A stretch of DNA of 64,000 nucleotides from assembly GCA_964544085.1 (NCBI GenBank), contig CAZIZT010000027.1, positions 33,676 to 97,675 on the forward strand, given 5' to 3'. This stretch comes from an uncultured Desulfurellales bacterium. GTDB lineage: Bacteria > Campylobacterota_A > Desulfurellia > Desulfurellales > Hippeaceae. Numbering within the stretch: position 1 is the first letter of the stretch; the number at the start of each line of letters is the position of its first letter. Below the pieces are notes generated by a model. The model saw only the letters and a program-made list of their open reading frames with translations, had not been told where the DNA came from and did no database searches. The translations under genes and the position numbers were made by a program. This document shows positions 19,522 through 28,400 of this stretch, one piece after another.

Positions 19522-21510
19522 ATGGATTTGAAAAAACTTATTGTGAGCAGTGCGACGGCATGCGCACTGCTTTTGTCCTGTAGTGTTGTCTCGAAAGCGG
19601 CTCAGCCTGATGATGTGAATCTTGGTGAGGTGGTAGTGCAAGCTACCAAATCGGAAACAAAGCTTAAAGATGTACCAGCTACCGTGTATATAGTGACGGG
19701 CAAAGATATAAAACAGACCTCTGACACAAGGAATCTCGGAGATATACTCTGGGAAGTTCCGGGTATATTTGGTGAGGATAAAAGACATACGGATTCCAAT
19801 GTAATCTCATTCAGGGGTGTCACACTGCACGATTGGGTAACCTATGGCATACTTGTTCTTGTGGATGGAATACCGCTCAACGATGCAGATGGAAGAGTGG
19901 ATTTTGAGGGTATAAACCTTGATAATGTAAAACGCATCGAAGTCATAAAGGGGCCTGTATCTGCGCTTTACGGACCAAATGGCACGGTGGGTGTCATCAA
20001 TATAGTCACGAAGAATCCGCCCAAGAAACTTACTGGAAAGGCTTACGCTTCTTACGGTTCTTACAAAACGTGGAAGTTGTACACAGAGGGTGGAAAGAGC
20101 TTTAAAAATGTTGGCGTTTGGTTAAGTGCTATGAGATACGGCAGCCAGGGTTATAGACCAAGAAACTCCTATTTCGAGGATAAGCTCAGCGGTAAAGTAA
20201 CCGGCGATTTGGGCGATGCAGGCCACATAACGAGTGACTTGTACTACGGTCACGTCAGCAGAGAAACCCCTGGTCCACTGAATGAGGAGGAGTTCGAGAA
20301 CCAAGAAAGGATAGCCACAAGAGAATCTTCTTCTTCTGAGATGGATCTTTACAGACTCGGTGTGGCATACAGAAAAGCGTGGGATGCAAGTTCGATTCAT
20401 CTAAGTGCTTATTTCCATAGAAGAAAAAGGGATTCGCAATGGACCACTGGCATCACCAATGATCACATAAACACTTTTGGTAGCGAGGCAAGGTTTATCC
20501 AGAAGTACACGTTGTTTAATTTGCAGGACGCCTTTACCGTTGGGGCAAGCCTCATGACCGAGGGTGGTGTCTCCAAGTACTGGATGAGAAATAGAGATGG
20601 CAGTAAAGGCACACAAACGAGGGATGGATATTCAAGACAAACAAATTACGGTGTGTATGCGCAGAATGTATTAGCGTTGGCAAGACCCTTAAAGGTTACG
20701 CTTGGCGTGAGGTACGACAGAGTTCATTTCAAGTATGACGATAGAATCAAATCTAACGGTGACGATTCGGGCACGCGCACCATGGATGCCTGGAGTCCAA
20801 AGGTCGGCATTACGTATGAAGCATTTAAGGGTCAAACCTTTTACATCAACATAGGTAAAGGTTTCGTGCCTCCGACTCTTTACAGGCTTTTTTCCGGTAG
20901 GTATGCCAATAAGGATTTGAAGCCCCAGTATTTGACCGATTACGAGATTGGAGTAAGGGGCAATATTGCAACGAAACTTCACTATGAAATGGCTGTTTAT
21001 TACATGAAATTCAAGGATCAAATTCAATATGATCCTGTGACAGAGAGATATGAGAATATCGGTAATACAAAGCACAAAGGCTTCGAGGTATCTCTGAAGT
21101 ATAGATTCTTGAAGCACTTTATTTTGCGTGGTAATTACAGTTTCAATATCTCTCGCTTTGACAATGACCCGGTCTACGGTAACAACTTTGTCAAAAAGGC
21201 ACCCAAACACATGATGGGGCTGGGAGTTACCTACATTAACCGTGGTTTAACGTTGAGTATGTGGATGAGAAAGGTCTGGAAATACTACATGGACAATGAA
21301 AACACCAAGTATTACGGCGGATACACACTTTTGAACGCCAAGGTTTCCTATCATTGGCACAGGGTATTCGCATCCTTGTATGTGAACAACCTGCTGGACA
21401 ACAACTATGCCACATGGGCTACGAGGTACACAAGAAGAGGTAGAACAACAGACTACTATTTCCCGGGTTGGCCATTGAACGTAATGTTCACGCTGGGTAT
21501 GAAATTTTAG
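19522..21510 (+). CDS. TonB-dependent outer-membrane receptor (copy 2, tandem paralogue)
   Basis: 662 aa, same architecture as copy 1 and the same C-terminus TLGMKF. Starts 21 nt after copy 1. Confidence 0.88.
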   Translation: MDLKKLIVSSATACALLLSCSVVSKAAQPDDVNLGEVVVQATKSETKLKDVPATVYIVTGKDIKQTSDTRNLGDILWEVPGIFGEDKRHTDSNVISFRGVTLHDWVTYGILVLVDGIPLNDADGRVDFEGINLDNVKRIEVIKGPVSALYGPNGTVGVINIVTKNPPKKLTGKAYASYGSYKTWKLYTEGGKSFKNVGVWLSAMRYGSQGYRPRNSYFEDKLSGKVTGDLGDAGHITSDLYYGHVSRETPGPLNEEEFENQERIATRESSSSEMDLYRLGVAYRKAWDASSIHLSAYFHRRKRDSQWTTGITNDHINTFGSEARFIQKYTLFNLQDAFTVGASLMTEGGVSKYWMRNRDGSKGTQTRDGYSRQTNYGVYAQNVLALARPLKVTLGVRYDRVHFKYDDRIKSNGDDSGTRTMDAWSPKVGITYEAFKGQTFYINIGKGFVPPTLYRLFSGRYANKDLKPQYLTDYEIGVRGNIATKLHYEMAVYYMKFKDQIQYDPVTERYENIGNTKHKGFEVSLKYRFLKHFILRGNYSFNISRFDNDPVYGNNFVKKAPKHMMGLGVTYINRGLTLSMWMRKVWKYYMDNENTKYYGGYTLLNAKVSYHWHRVFASLYVNNLLDNNYATWATRYTRRGRTTDYYFPGWPLNVMFTLGMKF

Positions 21511-21566
21511 CTTGTCTGAGGGCTCCCCCATTTCTCCTAAGGGGGAGTCCATCTCTGGAGGATGCA

Positions 21567-22406
21567 ATGAGATACGTTATATTTGCCTTGTTGTTTATCC
21601 TTCTGCAGAACGTGCATGCCTTTGGTAATGAACTGTGGTTTGAGTCAGCAAGGGGTATGAACATGGGTGCTCGCACCTATGCAATATATTTTGGTAAGTT
21701 CCCGTCTCACAGGATGCAACCGGGGGCTCTAAATGGCGTACATGTTTTGTTGAAGGACTATACAAGTCACATAAGGCCGCTGAAGATCAAAAAGAGGAGA
21801 AGGGCCTATTGCGTAAGGGTTCCTGCAATTTTCAACGGCAATTACACGCTTATTGCCATGAAACGTGAGAAAAACAAAAACGTTTCTACCGTTTATGTTG
21901 CAAAGGTAAACTTCTATGTTAGGCATCAAAGAGACGGAAAAATCACCAGACCCAATGACGACATGGCTGTTTTTGGCCCACAGGTGCCCTTTGAGCTGAT
22001 CAGATTAAGGAGTCGAAGGGGTGAGCCGTTTTTCCTGTCACGAACAGGCCACAGGATACGTTTTCGAGTCTACTTTCACGGTAAGCCTGTTTCTGGTGCT
22101 GTCGTTGTTGTAACTACAAGAAGTGGCTGGAGCAAACGCATGATTAGTGATAAAAACGGAGAAGTTGAGTTTACAGCTATTCAGGATAGATTTCCTGCAT
22201 CAAAGTACAGGTGGAGACCGGAGATATACCTTGTAAGTGCCTTTTATACGAACAGTGGCACTCGATATGTTGCTACTTATCCGATTTATACGTACATATC
22301 GCCTGATGCATGGCGAAGCTATGCTGCAGGTATCTTCATACTGCTTGTGGTTATGCTTGCTGTAGGTTTGTGGGCATACTTCAAACGCCGGGAAAGCCGG
22401 TTTTAG
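21567..22406 (+). CDS. DUF4198-like (COG5266 CbiK-like) periplasmic protein with signal peptide and C-terminal TM anchor
   Basis: Start chosen at ATG 21567 (GGAGGA RBS, signal peptide MRYVIFALLFILLQNVHA). The segment FRVYFHGKPVSGAVVVVTTRSGW...DKNGEVEFTA resembles the transthyretin-like core of DUF4198. There is a hydrophobic C-terminal helix. Confidence 0.6.
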   Translation: MRYVIFALLFILLQNVHAFGNELWFESARGMNMGARTYAIYFGKFPSHRMQPGALNGVHVLLKDYTSHIRPLKIKKRRRAYCVRVPAIFNGNYTLIAMKREKNKNVSTVYVAKVNFYVRHQRDGKITRPNDDMAVFGPQVPFELIRLRSRRGEPFFLSRTGHRIRFRVYFHGKPVSGAVVVVTTRSGWSKRMISDKNGEVEFTAIQDRFPASKYRWRPEIYLVSAFYTNSGTRYVATYPIYTYISPDAWRSYAAGIFILLVVMLAVGLWAYFKRRESRF

Positions 22407-22415
22407 GGGGAATCT

Positions 22416-23378
22416 ATGAAGGTTAGAAACTTGCGATGGTTAATTCAGTTCATAGCCTTTGCCGTTCTGGTTTACGGTGGTTTGGTAGCTATAGATCTTG
22501 GCAATAAGCTTCCAACCTTCGCATGCAGGTATGTGGATTCAAGAGGCGGTATGTGTTTTTTGTTTCCGTTTCAGATGCTCCTTGAACACACGCCGTTTCA
22601 AGCCTATTTCATGCATCATGGGTACAGGGCGATCCGCCTGCTCGAATACTTTGGCACCTTTTTTGTGCTTGCAATTATTCTTAACAAGGCATGGTGCGGC
22701 TGGCTGTGTCCATTTGGTTTTCTGCAGGATCTTGCTTCAGAACTGAGAAGTGCACTCAATATTCGTTACTCTTTTATGAAATGGTCCACAAGGGACAGGC
22801 TGCAGTGGGTCAAGTACGGTTTCCTGTTCCTGTTTGTTTTCATTTTGCCGCTTATGATGGCAAATCATCTCTTTTCACCGACAGTTACCAGGGATTTGAG
22901 CAATCCTTTCTGTCAGATATGCCCGGCACGGTTGATACTGCCTATAGCAGAGGGCAACTTCAGCCAGATATACCTTGATACTTCAAGTGGCGTTAAGTTT
23001 GTTCTTACTTCGCTTGCACTATTAATTGCCGGCATTAGTGTGATTGGTGCGTTTTTCTACAAGCGATTTGTATGCCGGTTCTGCCCTATGAATGCTTTTC
23101 TTTCGCTGTTTGATAGGGTAGGTTTTATGCAGCTTAAAAAGGATCCTCAGAAATGCACCAAATGTGGTAACTGCTATCGTGTTTGTCCTATGGAGATAAG
23201 AGAGATCTATCTTGAAGATAAGAAGAGTAATGTGCTTAATCAGGATTGTATGCTCTGTCTGAGATGTATAGAATCCTGCCCGGAGGATGGTGCGCTTAAG
23301 GCAACCTACCTTGGCAAAGCCATCTTTACGTCGTCGAGCAAGGGATTTTTTGAAAGGCAGAATGCCGATAAAAAGTAA
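22416..23378 (+). CDS. Membrane-bound polyferredoxin, NapH/MauN-like (4Fe-4S binding)
   Basis: 320 aa with several TM helices. Has CGWLCPFG, CQICP and CRFCP motifs, plus a C-terminal 2x[4Fe-4S] domain (CTKCGNCYRVCP, CMLCLRCIESCP). Confidence 0.75.
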   Translation: MKVRNLRWLIQFIAFAVLVYGGLVAIDLGNKLPTFACRYVDSRGGMCFLFPFQMLLEHTPFQAYFMHHGYRAIRLLEYFGTFFVLAIILNKAWCGWLCPFGFLQDLASELRSALNIRYSFMKWSTRDRLQWVKYGFLFLFVFILPLMMANHLFSPTVTRDLSNPFCQICPARLILPIAEGNFSQIYLDTSSGVKFVLTSLALLIAGISVIGAFFYKRFVCRFCPMNAFLSLFDRVGFMQLKKDPQKCTKCGNCYRVCPMEIREIYLEDKKSNVLNQDCMLCLRCIESCPEDGALKATYLGKAIFTSSSKGFFERQNADKK

Positions 23379-23396
23379 CTGAACGGAGGAAAAAAG

Positions 23397-24614
23397 GTGA
23401 ACACAGAAGCTATCGATCTGTTAAACGAGCTGAGGAATAAAAGGAAAACTCCAGAAAACATGGGCTATTTTTACGATGTGCTTGAAAGTGTTTATAATAC
23501 GGAGAAGGAACCGGTATTTAAGAAGTTCAACAAAAGGCTTATCGGGACGTACTGCGTTCTTGTGCCTGAAGAGCTTATATATGCCGTTGATGCCATACCT
23601 GTGAGGCTTTGCGGTGGCTCTTACGAAACATCACTTCTGGCTGAAGAGCACTTCCCGGCAGGGTCGTGCTCGTTGACGAAGTCATCGTTTGGTGCTTTCA
23701 AATCCGATGAGTTTCCCTGGATCAAGGATGTTGAGGCGCTTGTTGCACCTGCTACATGCGACTGGAAGAAGAAATTCGGCGATCTGGATATAGATAAGCC
23801 TATTCATATGATGAATGTTCCGTTCTCCAAAAAACGCGATTCGGCTGGGAGGGCATGGCTCGAGGAGACTTACGAGTTAAAGGATTTTTTAGAGAAAATA
23901 ACGCGTAAAAGGATTACGAAAAATAGCCTGATGGCTGCTATAGAGAAGCTCCAGAAGGCTCACATGGAATTTCGAAGGCTTTATGAGTTGAGAAAGAAGA
24001 GACCGTCGGTTATCGGTGGTGTTGATTCATTGATCGCTCTCAATGCCTTTTTCTTTGCTGAGGCTTCTGAATGGGCTCAAGCAATGTCAGCTTTGGTGGA
24101 TGAGCTTCAAAAAAGGGCTCAGTCAGGTGAGAGTGTATGTAGAAAAAACACACCCCGTCTGCTTGTGACGGGTTCTCCTGTGATTTTCCCCAATATGAAA
24201 ATTTTGACATTGATCGAGGAGTCCGGTGGTATAGTTGCAATAGACGATCTGTGTTCTTCTGTCAGGTATATATACGATGAAGTGGCTGTTGATGAGCGCA
24301 ACATGTTCGACATGATGAGAGCTATTGCTGATAGGTACCTCTTTCCCTGCATGTGTCCAATATTCACGCCGAGCGACGATAGGATTACAAGAATTCTTGA
24401 TCTGATTGAGGAGTTTAACATCGACGGGGTTATTTACCACGTTCTTGTGGGTTGCCACCTGTTTGATTTTGAGTTTCCACGTATGATGAAGGAGCTTTCA
24501 AAGATTGATGTGCCTGTTTTGAGAATAGAAACAGACTACAGCCCTGAGGACGTGGAACAGATGAGAACCAGGATCGAGGCGTTTATTGAGACCGTCAGGG
24601 AAAAGAGGAGGTAG
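23397..24614 (+). CDS. 2-hydroxyacyl-CoA dehydratase / BcrB-BadD family protein, stand-alone single subunit (double-cubane-cluster-protein-like)
   Basis: 405 aa with a GTG start after GGAGGA. Conserved-looking cysteines occur in RLCGG, GSCSL, ATCDW, DLCSS, PCMCP and VGCH. There is no second dehydratase subunit, and the activase gene follows after 1 nt. Confidence 0.65.
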   Translation: MNTEAIDLLNELRNKRKTPENMGYFYDVLESVYNTEKEPVFKKFNKRLIGTYCVLVPEELIYAVDAIPVRLCGGSYETSLLAEEHFPAGSCSLTKSSFGAFKSDEFPWIKDVEALVAPATCDWKKKFGDLDIDKPIHMMNVPFSKKRDSAGRAWLEETYELKDFLEKITRKRITKNSLMAAIEKLQKAHMEFRRLYELRKKRPSVIGGVDSLIALNAFFFAEASEWAQAMSALVDELQKRAQSGESVCRKNTPRLLVTGSPVIFPNMKILTLIEESGGIVAIDDLCSSVRYIYDEVAVDERNMFDMMRAIADRYLFPCMCPIFTPSDDRITRILDLIEEFNIDGVIYHVLVGCHLFDFEFPRMMKELSKIDVPVLRIETDYSPEDVEQMRTRIEAFIETVREKRR

Positions 24615-24615
24615 T

Positions 24616-25413
24616 ATGGGATACTTCGTTGGTGTAGACATCGGCACCACATCTACTAAGATTGCAATCATCGACGATTCTTGCAAGCTTTTAAACCATC
24701 TTGTTGTTTTATCGGGAGCTGATTTCAAACGGTCTGCGGATGAGGCATTCGAGACACTCCTTGAGAAGACAAACGTTAAAGAAAGCGAGGTTGAATACAT
24801 TGTCTCAACGGGCTATGGACGCAAGCTCGTTGATTTTGCGGATGAGTCTATAAGCGAGATATCAGCCAACGCCAAGGGCGCAAGTACCATAGGCAGACTA
24901 AATGGTGTTTCCATCAGGACGATAATAGACATTGGAGGTCAGGATAGCAAGGTTATCTCGCTTGACGAAAACGGTAAGGTAAACAACTTTACAATGAACG
25001 ATAAATGTGCAGCAGGTACAGGTAGATTTCTTGAGTCGATGGCACGTGTTCTTGAGGTTAACATAAGCAACTTTGGAGAGTTATTGCTCCAATCCAACCA
25101 GCCCGTGAAGATTAACAGCACCTGCACCGTTTTTGCAGAAACGGAGGTTATCTCCCATCTTGCAAGGGGTCAGAGGAAGGAGGACATAGTTGCAGGGATT
25201 CACCGCTCCATAGTTCAAAGGATAATGGCACTGGGCAAACGTGTAGGCATCAGGGAGGTTGTACTTCTGAGTGGTGGACCTGCAAAGAATGAGGGCCTTG
25301 TTAAGACCATGAAAGAGATGCTGGGTATGGAGGTGTTTGTTCCTGAGCATCCGCAGGTGGTGACAGCATTTGGCGCTGCGATAATTGCAAAGGAAAGAAG
25401 TGGAGATGAGTAG
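24616..25413 (+). CDS. BcrA/BadF/HgdC-type ATPase (activase / ATP-dependent electron-transfer component)
   Basis: Start at ATG 24616 (AGGAGG RBS). Has an ASKHA-fold N-terminus (GVDIGTTSTKIAI) and the cluster-bridging cysteine contexts NDKCAAGTGRF and NSTCTVFAE typical of HgdC-like activases. Confidence 0.85.
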   Translation: MGYFVGVDIGTTSTKIAIIDDSCKLLNHLVVLSGADFKRSADEAFETLLEKTNVKESEVEYIVSTGYGRKLVDFADESISEISANAKGASTIGRLNGVSIRTIIDIGGQDSKVISLDENGKVNNFTMNDKCAAGTGRFLESMARVLEVNISNFGELLLQSNQPVKINSTCTVFAETEVISHLARGQRKEDIVAGIHRSIVQRIMALGKRVGIREVVLLSGGPAKNEGLVKTMKEMLGMEVFVPEHPQVVTAFGAAIIAKERSGDE

Positions 25414-26056
25414 TCTTTACGATGCGTTTGGCTTCTTTACGGTAGGTCTGTTTAGTGGCATTGTTTTCTGTGGATTTGGTTGCCCTGCCTTTATAGGTGT
25501 TTACGTTTCAGCGCTGAGCGAAGATGTGAAGCAAAGCTTGATCATTACTGCTCTGTTCAATCTCGGTCGGGTAGCTGTTTATCTACTGCTTGCCTTTCTC
25601 TCTGTTTATTTGGGCAGGGCTGTGGTGGAGAGTTTAGGTATTGCGCCGCATATTGTGTTGATATCGATGATGGTGGCAATTGGGCTTGTGTTGAGCTTCT
25701 CAAAACCAAAGAGCAACTGTTCAACCGGTTCTTTCTCTTCAGCCTACAGAAGGCTGCTCTCACGCTCCAAATTTTCGGCTTTATTGATAGGGGCTGTTAC
25801 TGGGTTAATACCCTGTTTACCATTTTCGGCGGTTGTGGCATATGCTGTGAATAGCTCATCGCTTGCCAATGCTATGGTTGCTGCAGCCTCTTTCGGGCTT
25901 GGTAGCTCCATAGCCTATCTGTTGGTTGTGGGGGCGCTTCTGGGACTGTTTGCAAAGAGTGTGAGTCTTCGCATTGCCAACAAGGCGATCTTTAACAGGA
26001 TTTGCGGTGTAATAATTCTACTGATAGCTTTTAAAGATATCCTTGTCCTGCTTTAA
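25406..26056 (+). CDS. CcdA/DsbD_2-like polytopic membrane protein (thiol:disulfide or metal conduit)
   Basis: About 216 aa with about 6 TM helices. Cys-Pro motifs sit in two helices (FGCPAF and LIPCLPF), as in CcdA/DsbD-type proteins. The start is ambiguous (TTG 25385 or ATG 25406). Confidence 0.5.
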   Translation: MSSLYDAFGFFTVGLFSGIVFCGFGCPAFIGVYVSALSEDVKQSLIITALFNLGRVAVYLLLAFLSVYLGRAVVESLGIAPHIVLISMMVAIGLVLSFSKPKSNCSTGSFSSAYRRLLSRSKFSALLIGAVTGLIPCLPFSAVVAYAVNSSSLANAMVAAASFGLGSSIAYLLVVGALLGLFAKSVSLRIANKAIFNRICGVIILLIAFKDILVLL

Positions 26057-26066
26057 GGAGGCGAAC

Positions 26067-27323
26067 GTGAGCAGGCTAATCTGTGTTGTTTTAATGGTCG
26101 TTATCTCATCGGTTGTTTCTGTAAATGTGTTTGCCACAACCAGAGTTGTGAAAAGGAAATATATCACGGCTTATTACAACAGCAAAGGAGAACTCACACG
26201 GGTGGATATCGATTCAAACCATAACGGCAGAATGGACACGGTTAAGTACATCAGCAAAGGTAGGGTGTATAAGGTTAAAAGGGACGCCAACGGAGATGGT
26301 CGCTTTGATACCTACATCTTTTTCGAAGACGGCAAGGTTTCAATGATAAAGAAAGACACAAACGGTGACGGTAAACTGGATACGTATATCTATTTCAGGA
26401 AAGGCCATCTCTACAAAACGGAAAAGGATACCAATCATGATGGCAGAATTGATTACGTTCTTGTTCATAAGGGTCACGGTTTAGCACTGGAAAAGATAGA
26501 TACCAACCACGATGGGAAGTTTGACACCGTGAACTTCTATAGACACAGAAGGCTCTATAAATGTGTGCAAAACGGTAAGGTTGTCCTCTACGGCAAAAAC
26601 GGCTTACCATTAAAAATAAAAGATGGCAAAGCACATTACGTCTATAAAAATGGGAGACTTAGTAAGGTGGAATTTAAATATAGAGTGATTGCCTATAAAG
26701 ATGGAAAGAAGAGTTTTGAAAAGATAGATACCAACCACGACGGGAAGTTCGATCTGTTTGTCTATTACCGCAATGGTACAGTGTATAAGGTTGAGAAGGA
26801 TACAAATTACGATGGACGTATAGATGCTGTTGAAACCATAGCCGGAAATACGAGAAAGCTAAGGGTAGATAAGAATCACAATGGCTTTTTCAATATAACA
26901 CTGACGTTTAAGAACGGAAAGCTTATACAAAAGGAGTTTTTCAAGAAGGGTTGTAGTCTGCCTTATCGAATTGAAAGCAAGACCAAGATAATGGTGGATA
27001 GTAACTGTGACGGCAAATATGAAAAGATTGAAAAGATAAGACCTGATCGCATAGATATTCTCGTTGATGCCAATCATGACGGGAAGTTTGACTGTGAGTA
27101 TGTGTATTCGCCAAAGCACAAACTTGTTGAGGTGTTGAAAGACACCAACCATGATGGAAAATTCGACACATTCATAACATACAACGGCAAAGAGTGCTAC
27201 ACTATCAGCCGGGATAGTGACTTCAACGGCATGGTGGATCTTTGGAAGAAATACAAGGATGGAAAGCTCGTCTCTGTGGAGAGGGATCTAAATGGAGACG
27301 GCAAGCCCGACATTACATACTAA
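26067..27323 (+). CDS. Secreted repeat protein with about 13 DxNxDG (EF-hand/FG-GAP-like) putative cation-binding loops
   Basis: GTG start after AAGGAGG and signal peptide VSRLICVVLMVVISSVVSVNVFA. The unit (E/K)KDTNHDGK(F/I)D-x-hYY-x-G-x-hYK repeats with a period of about 24 aa. Confidence 0.7.
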   Translation: MSRLICVVLMVVISSVVSVNVFATTRVVKRKYITAYYNSKGELTRVDIDSNHNGRMDTVKYISKGRVYKVKRDANGDGRFDTYIFFEDGKVSMIKKDTNGDGKLDTYIYFRKGHLYKTEKDTNHDGRIDYVLVHKGHGLALEKIDTNHDGKFDTVNFYRHRRLYKCVQNGKVVLYGKNGLPLKIKDGKAHYVYKNGRLSKVEFKYRVIAYKDGKKSFEKIDTNHDGKFDLFVYYRNGTVYKVEKDTNYDGRIDAVETIAGNTRKLRVDKNHNGFFNITLTFKNGKLIQKEFFKKGCSLPYRIESKTKIMVDSNCDGKYEKIEKIRPDRIDILVDANHDGKFDCEYVYSPKHKLVEVLKDTNHDGKFDTFITYNGKECYTISRDSDFNGMVDLWKKYKDGKLVSVERDLNGDGKPDITY

Positions 27324-27345
27324 GCTTGTGAAGAGGTGTTCTTAA

Positions 27346-27987
27346 ATGTGGGATCTTATACAGAAATCTGGCGTCTTTGGTTACCTTATTATTGTCTGCT
27401 CGGTTTTTTCTGTTGCAATCATACTGGAGCGTTACTTTGCATTTAGAAGGATAAAACTGAAGGATCCGGATTTTATCATTCGTATAGTTGAAGCGCTCAA
27501 CAAAGGTGAAATAGAAAAACTGCTCCCGGAATTGGAGAGGTCAAAGTCTCCTGTTGTGAGGATAGTTTATGAAATTATAACAAGGCATGTAAGCTCGGGC
27601 AATGGCAGGGAATCAAAAGAAGCAGTGGAGAGGACAATACACTTCATTGCTGAAAGAGAAGTGAGAGAGATGGAGAAATACCTACCGTCTCTTGCATCCA
27701 TTGCGCAGGTTTCTCCCTTGCTTGGTCTGCTTGGTACGGTGGTTGGAATGATCAAGGCTTTCATGGTTATCCAGTCCTATGGCGGTAGGGTCAATGCGCA
27801 GGTACTCGCAGGGGGTATCTGGGAAGCTATGCTCACAACAGCAATGGGCCTGATAGTTGCTATTCCCTCTATGCTTGCCTACAACTACTTCAATGCACGA
27901 ATAAACAAAACAATAGGTTTAATGGATGAGATAAGCAACGAACTTATCCATGCGCTGGAGAAGGCAAACTACTTCAAGGAGAGCTGA
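27346..27987 (+). CDS. exbB: MotA/TolQ/ExbB proton-channel protein
   Basis: 213 aa with 3 TM helices and a conserved C-terminal channel region (LGLLGTVVGMI...GGIWEAMLTTA). Followed by exbD and tonB. Confidence 0.88.
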   Translation: MWDLIQKSGVFGYLIIVCSVFSVAIILERYFAFRRIKLKDPDFIIRIVEALNKGEIEKLLPELERSKSPVVRIVYEIITRHVSSGNGRESKEAVERTIHFIAEREVREMEKYLPSLASIAQVSPLLGLLGTVVGMIKAFMVIQSYGGRVNAQVLAGGIWEAMLTTAMGLIVAIPSMLAYNYFNARINKTIGLMDEISNELIHALEKANYFKES

Positions 27988-27989
27988 TC

Positions 27990-28400
27990 ATGATTAACAT
28001 AAAAAGAAGGGCAACCTCCAGCGAAGGCGCCAATATCAATCTCACGCCATTGATAGATATTGTTTTTCTGCTGCTTATATTCTTTATGTTGACGGCAAAT
28101 TTTGTCGTCAATGAGGGAATAAAAATAAAGTTACCCGAGACCAAAGCTCGTTCAGAGTTAGCGAAGAAGCCTATTGTTGTGTATTTGACAAAGGACAACA
28201 GAATATACTTCAAGGGAAGGTTCGTCACGTTGGACCAATTGAAGACTCTTTTACCCCAACAGATAGCTGAGAATGTGACAAAAACGGTTGTTCTTAAGTC
28301 TGATAAGAACGCTAAGGTTGATATAGCTGTGAAGATCCTCGATGTAGCCAAACTATCAGGCGCAAAGAAGTTTATAATCGCCACCCGGAAAGAGGAATGA
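27990..28400 (+). CDS. exbD: Biopolymer transport protein ExbD/TolR
   Basis: 136 aa. N-terminal INLTPLIDIVFLLLIFFM is the ExbD/TolR signature helix. Confidence 0.88.
   Translation: MINIKRRATSSEGANINLTPLIDIVFLLLIFFMLTANFVVNEGIKIKLPETKARSELAKKPIVVYLTKDNRIYFKGRFVTLDQLKTLLPQQIAENVTKTVVLKSDKNAKVDIAVKILDVAKLSGAKKFIIATRKEE

Noticed and set aside
21468-21566. N-terminal extension of the DUF4198-like ORF (track start 21468) overlapping the end of the second receptor gene by 43 nt.
   Set aside because: The extension has no RBS and encodes non-signal sequence. ATG 21567 follows GGAGGA and begins a typical signal peptide.
26067-27323. Periodic DNA repeats (for example gaaaagatagataccaaccacga...), considered as a possible CRISPR or tandem-repeat array.
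   Set aside because: The repeats are in frame within one long ORF that has a signal peptide. The period is about 72 nt with degenerate copies and no unique spacers. They are a coding protein repeat, not a CRISPR array.
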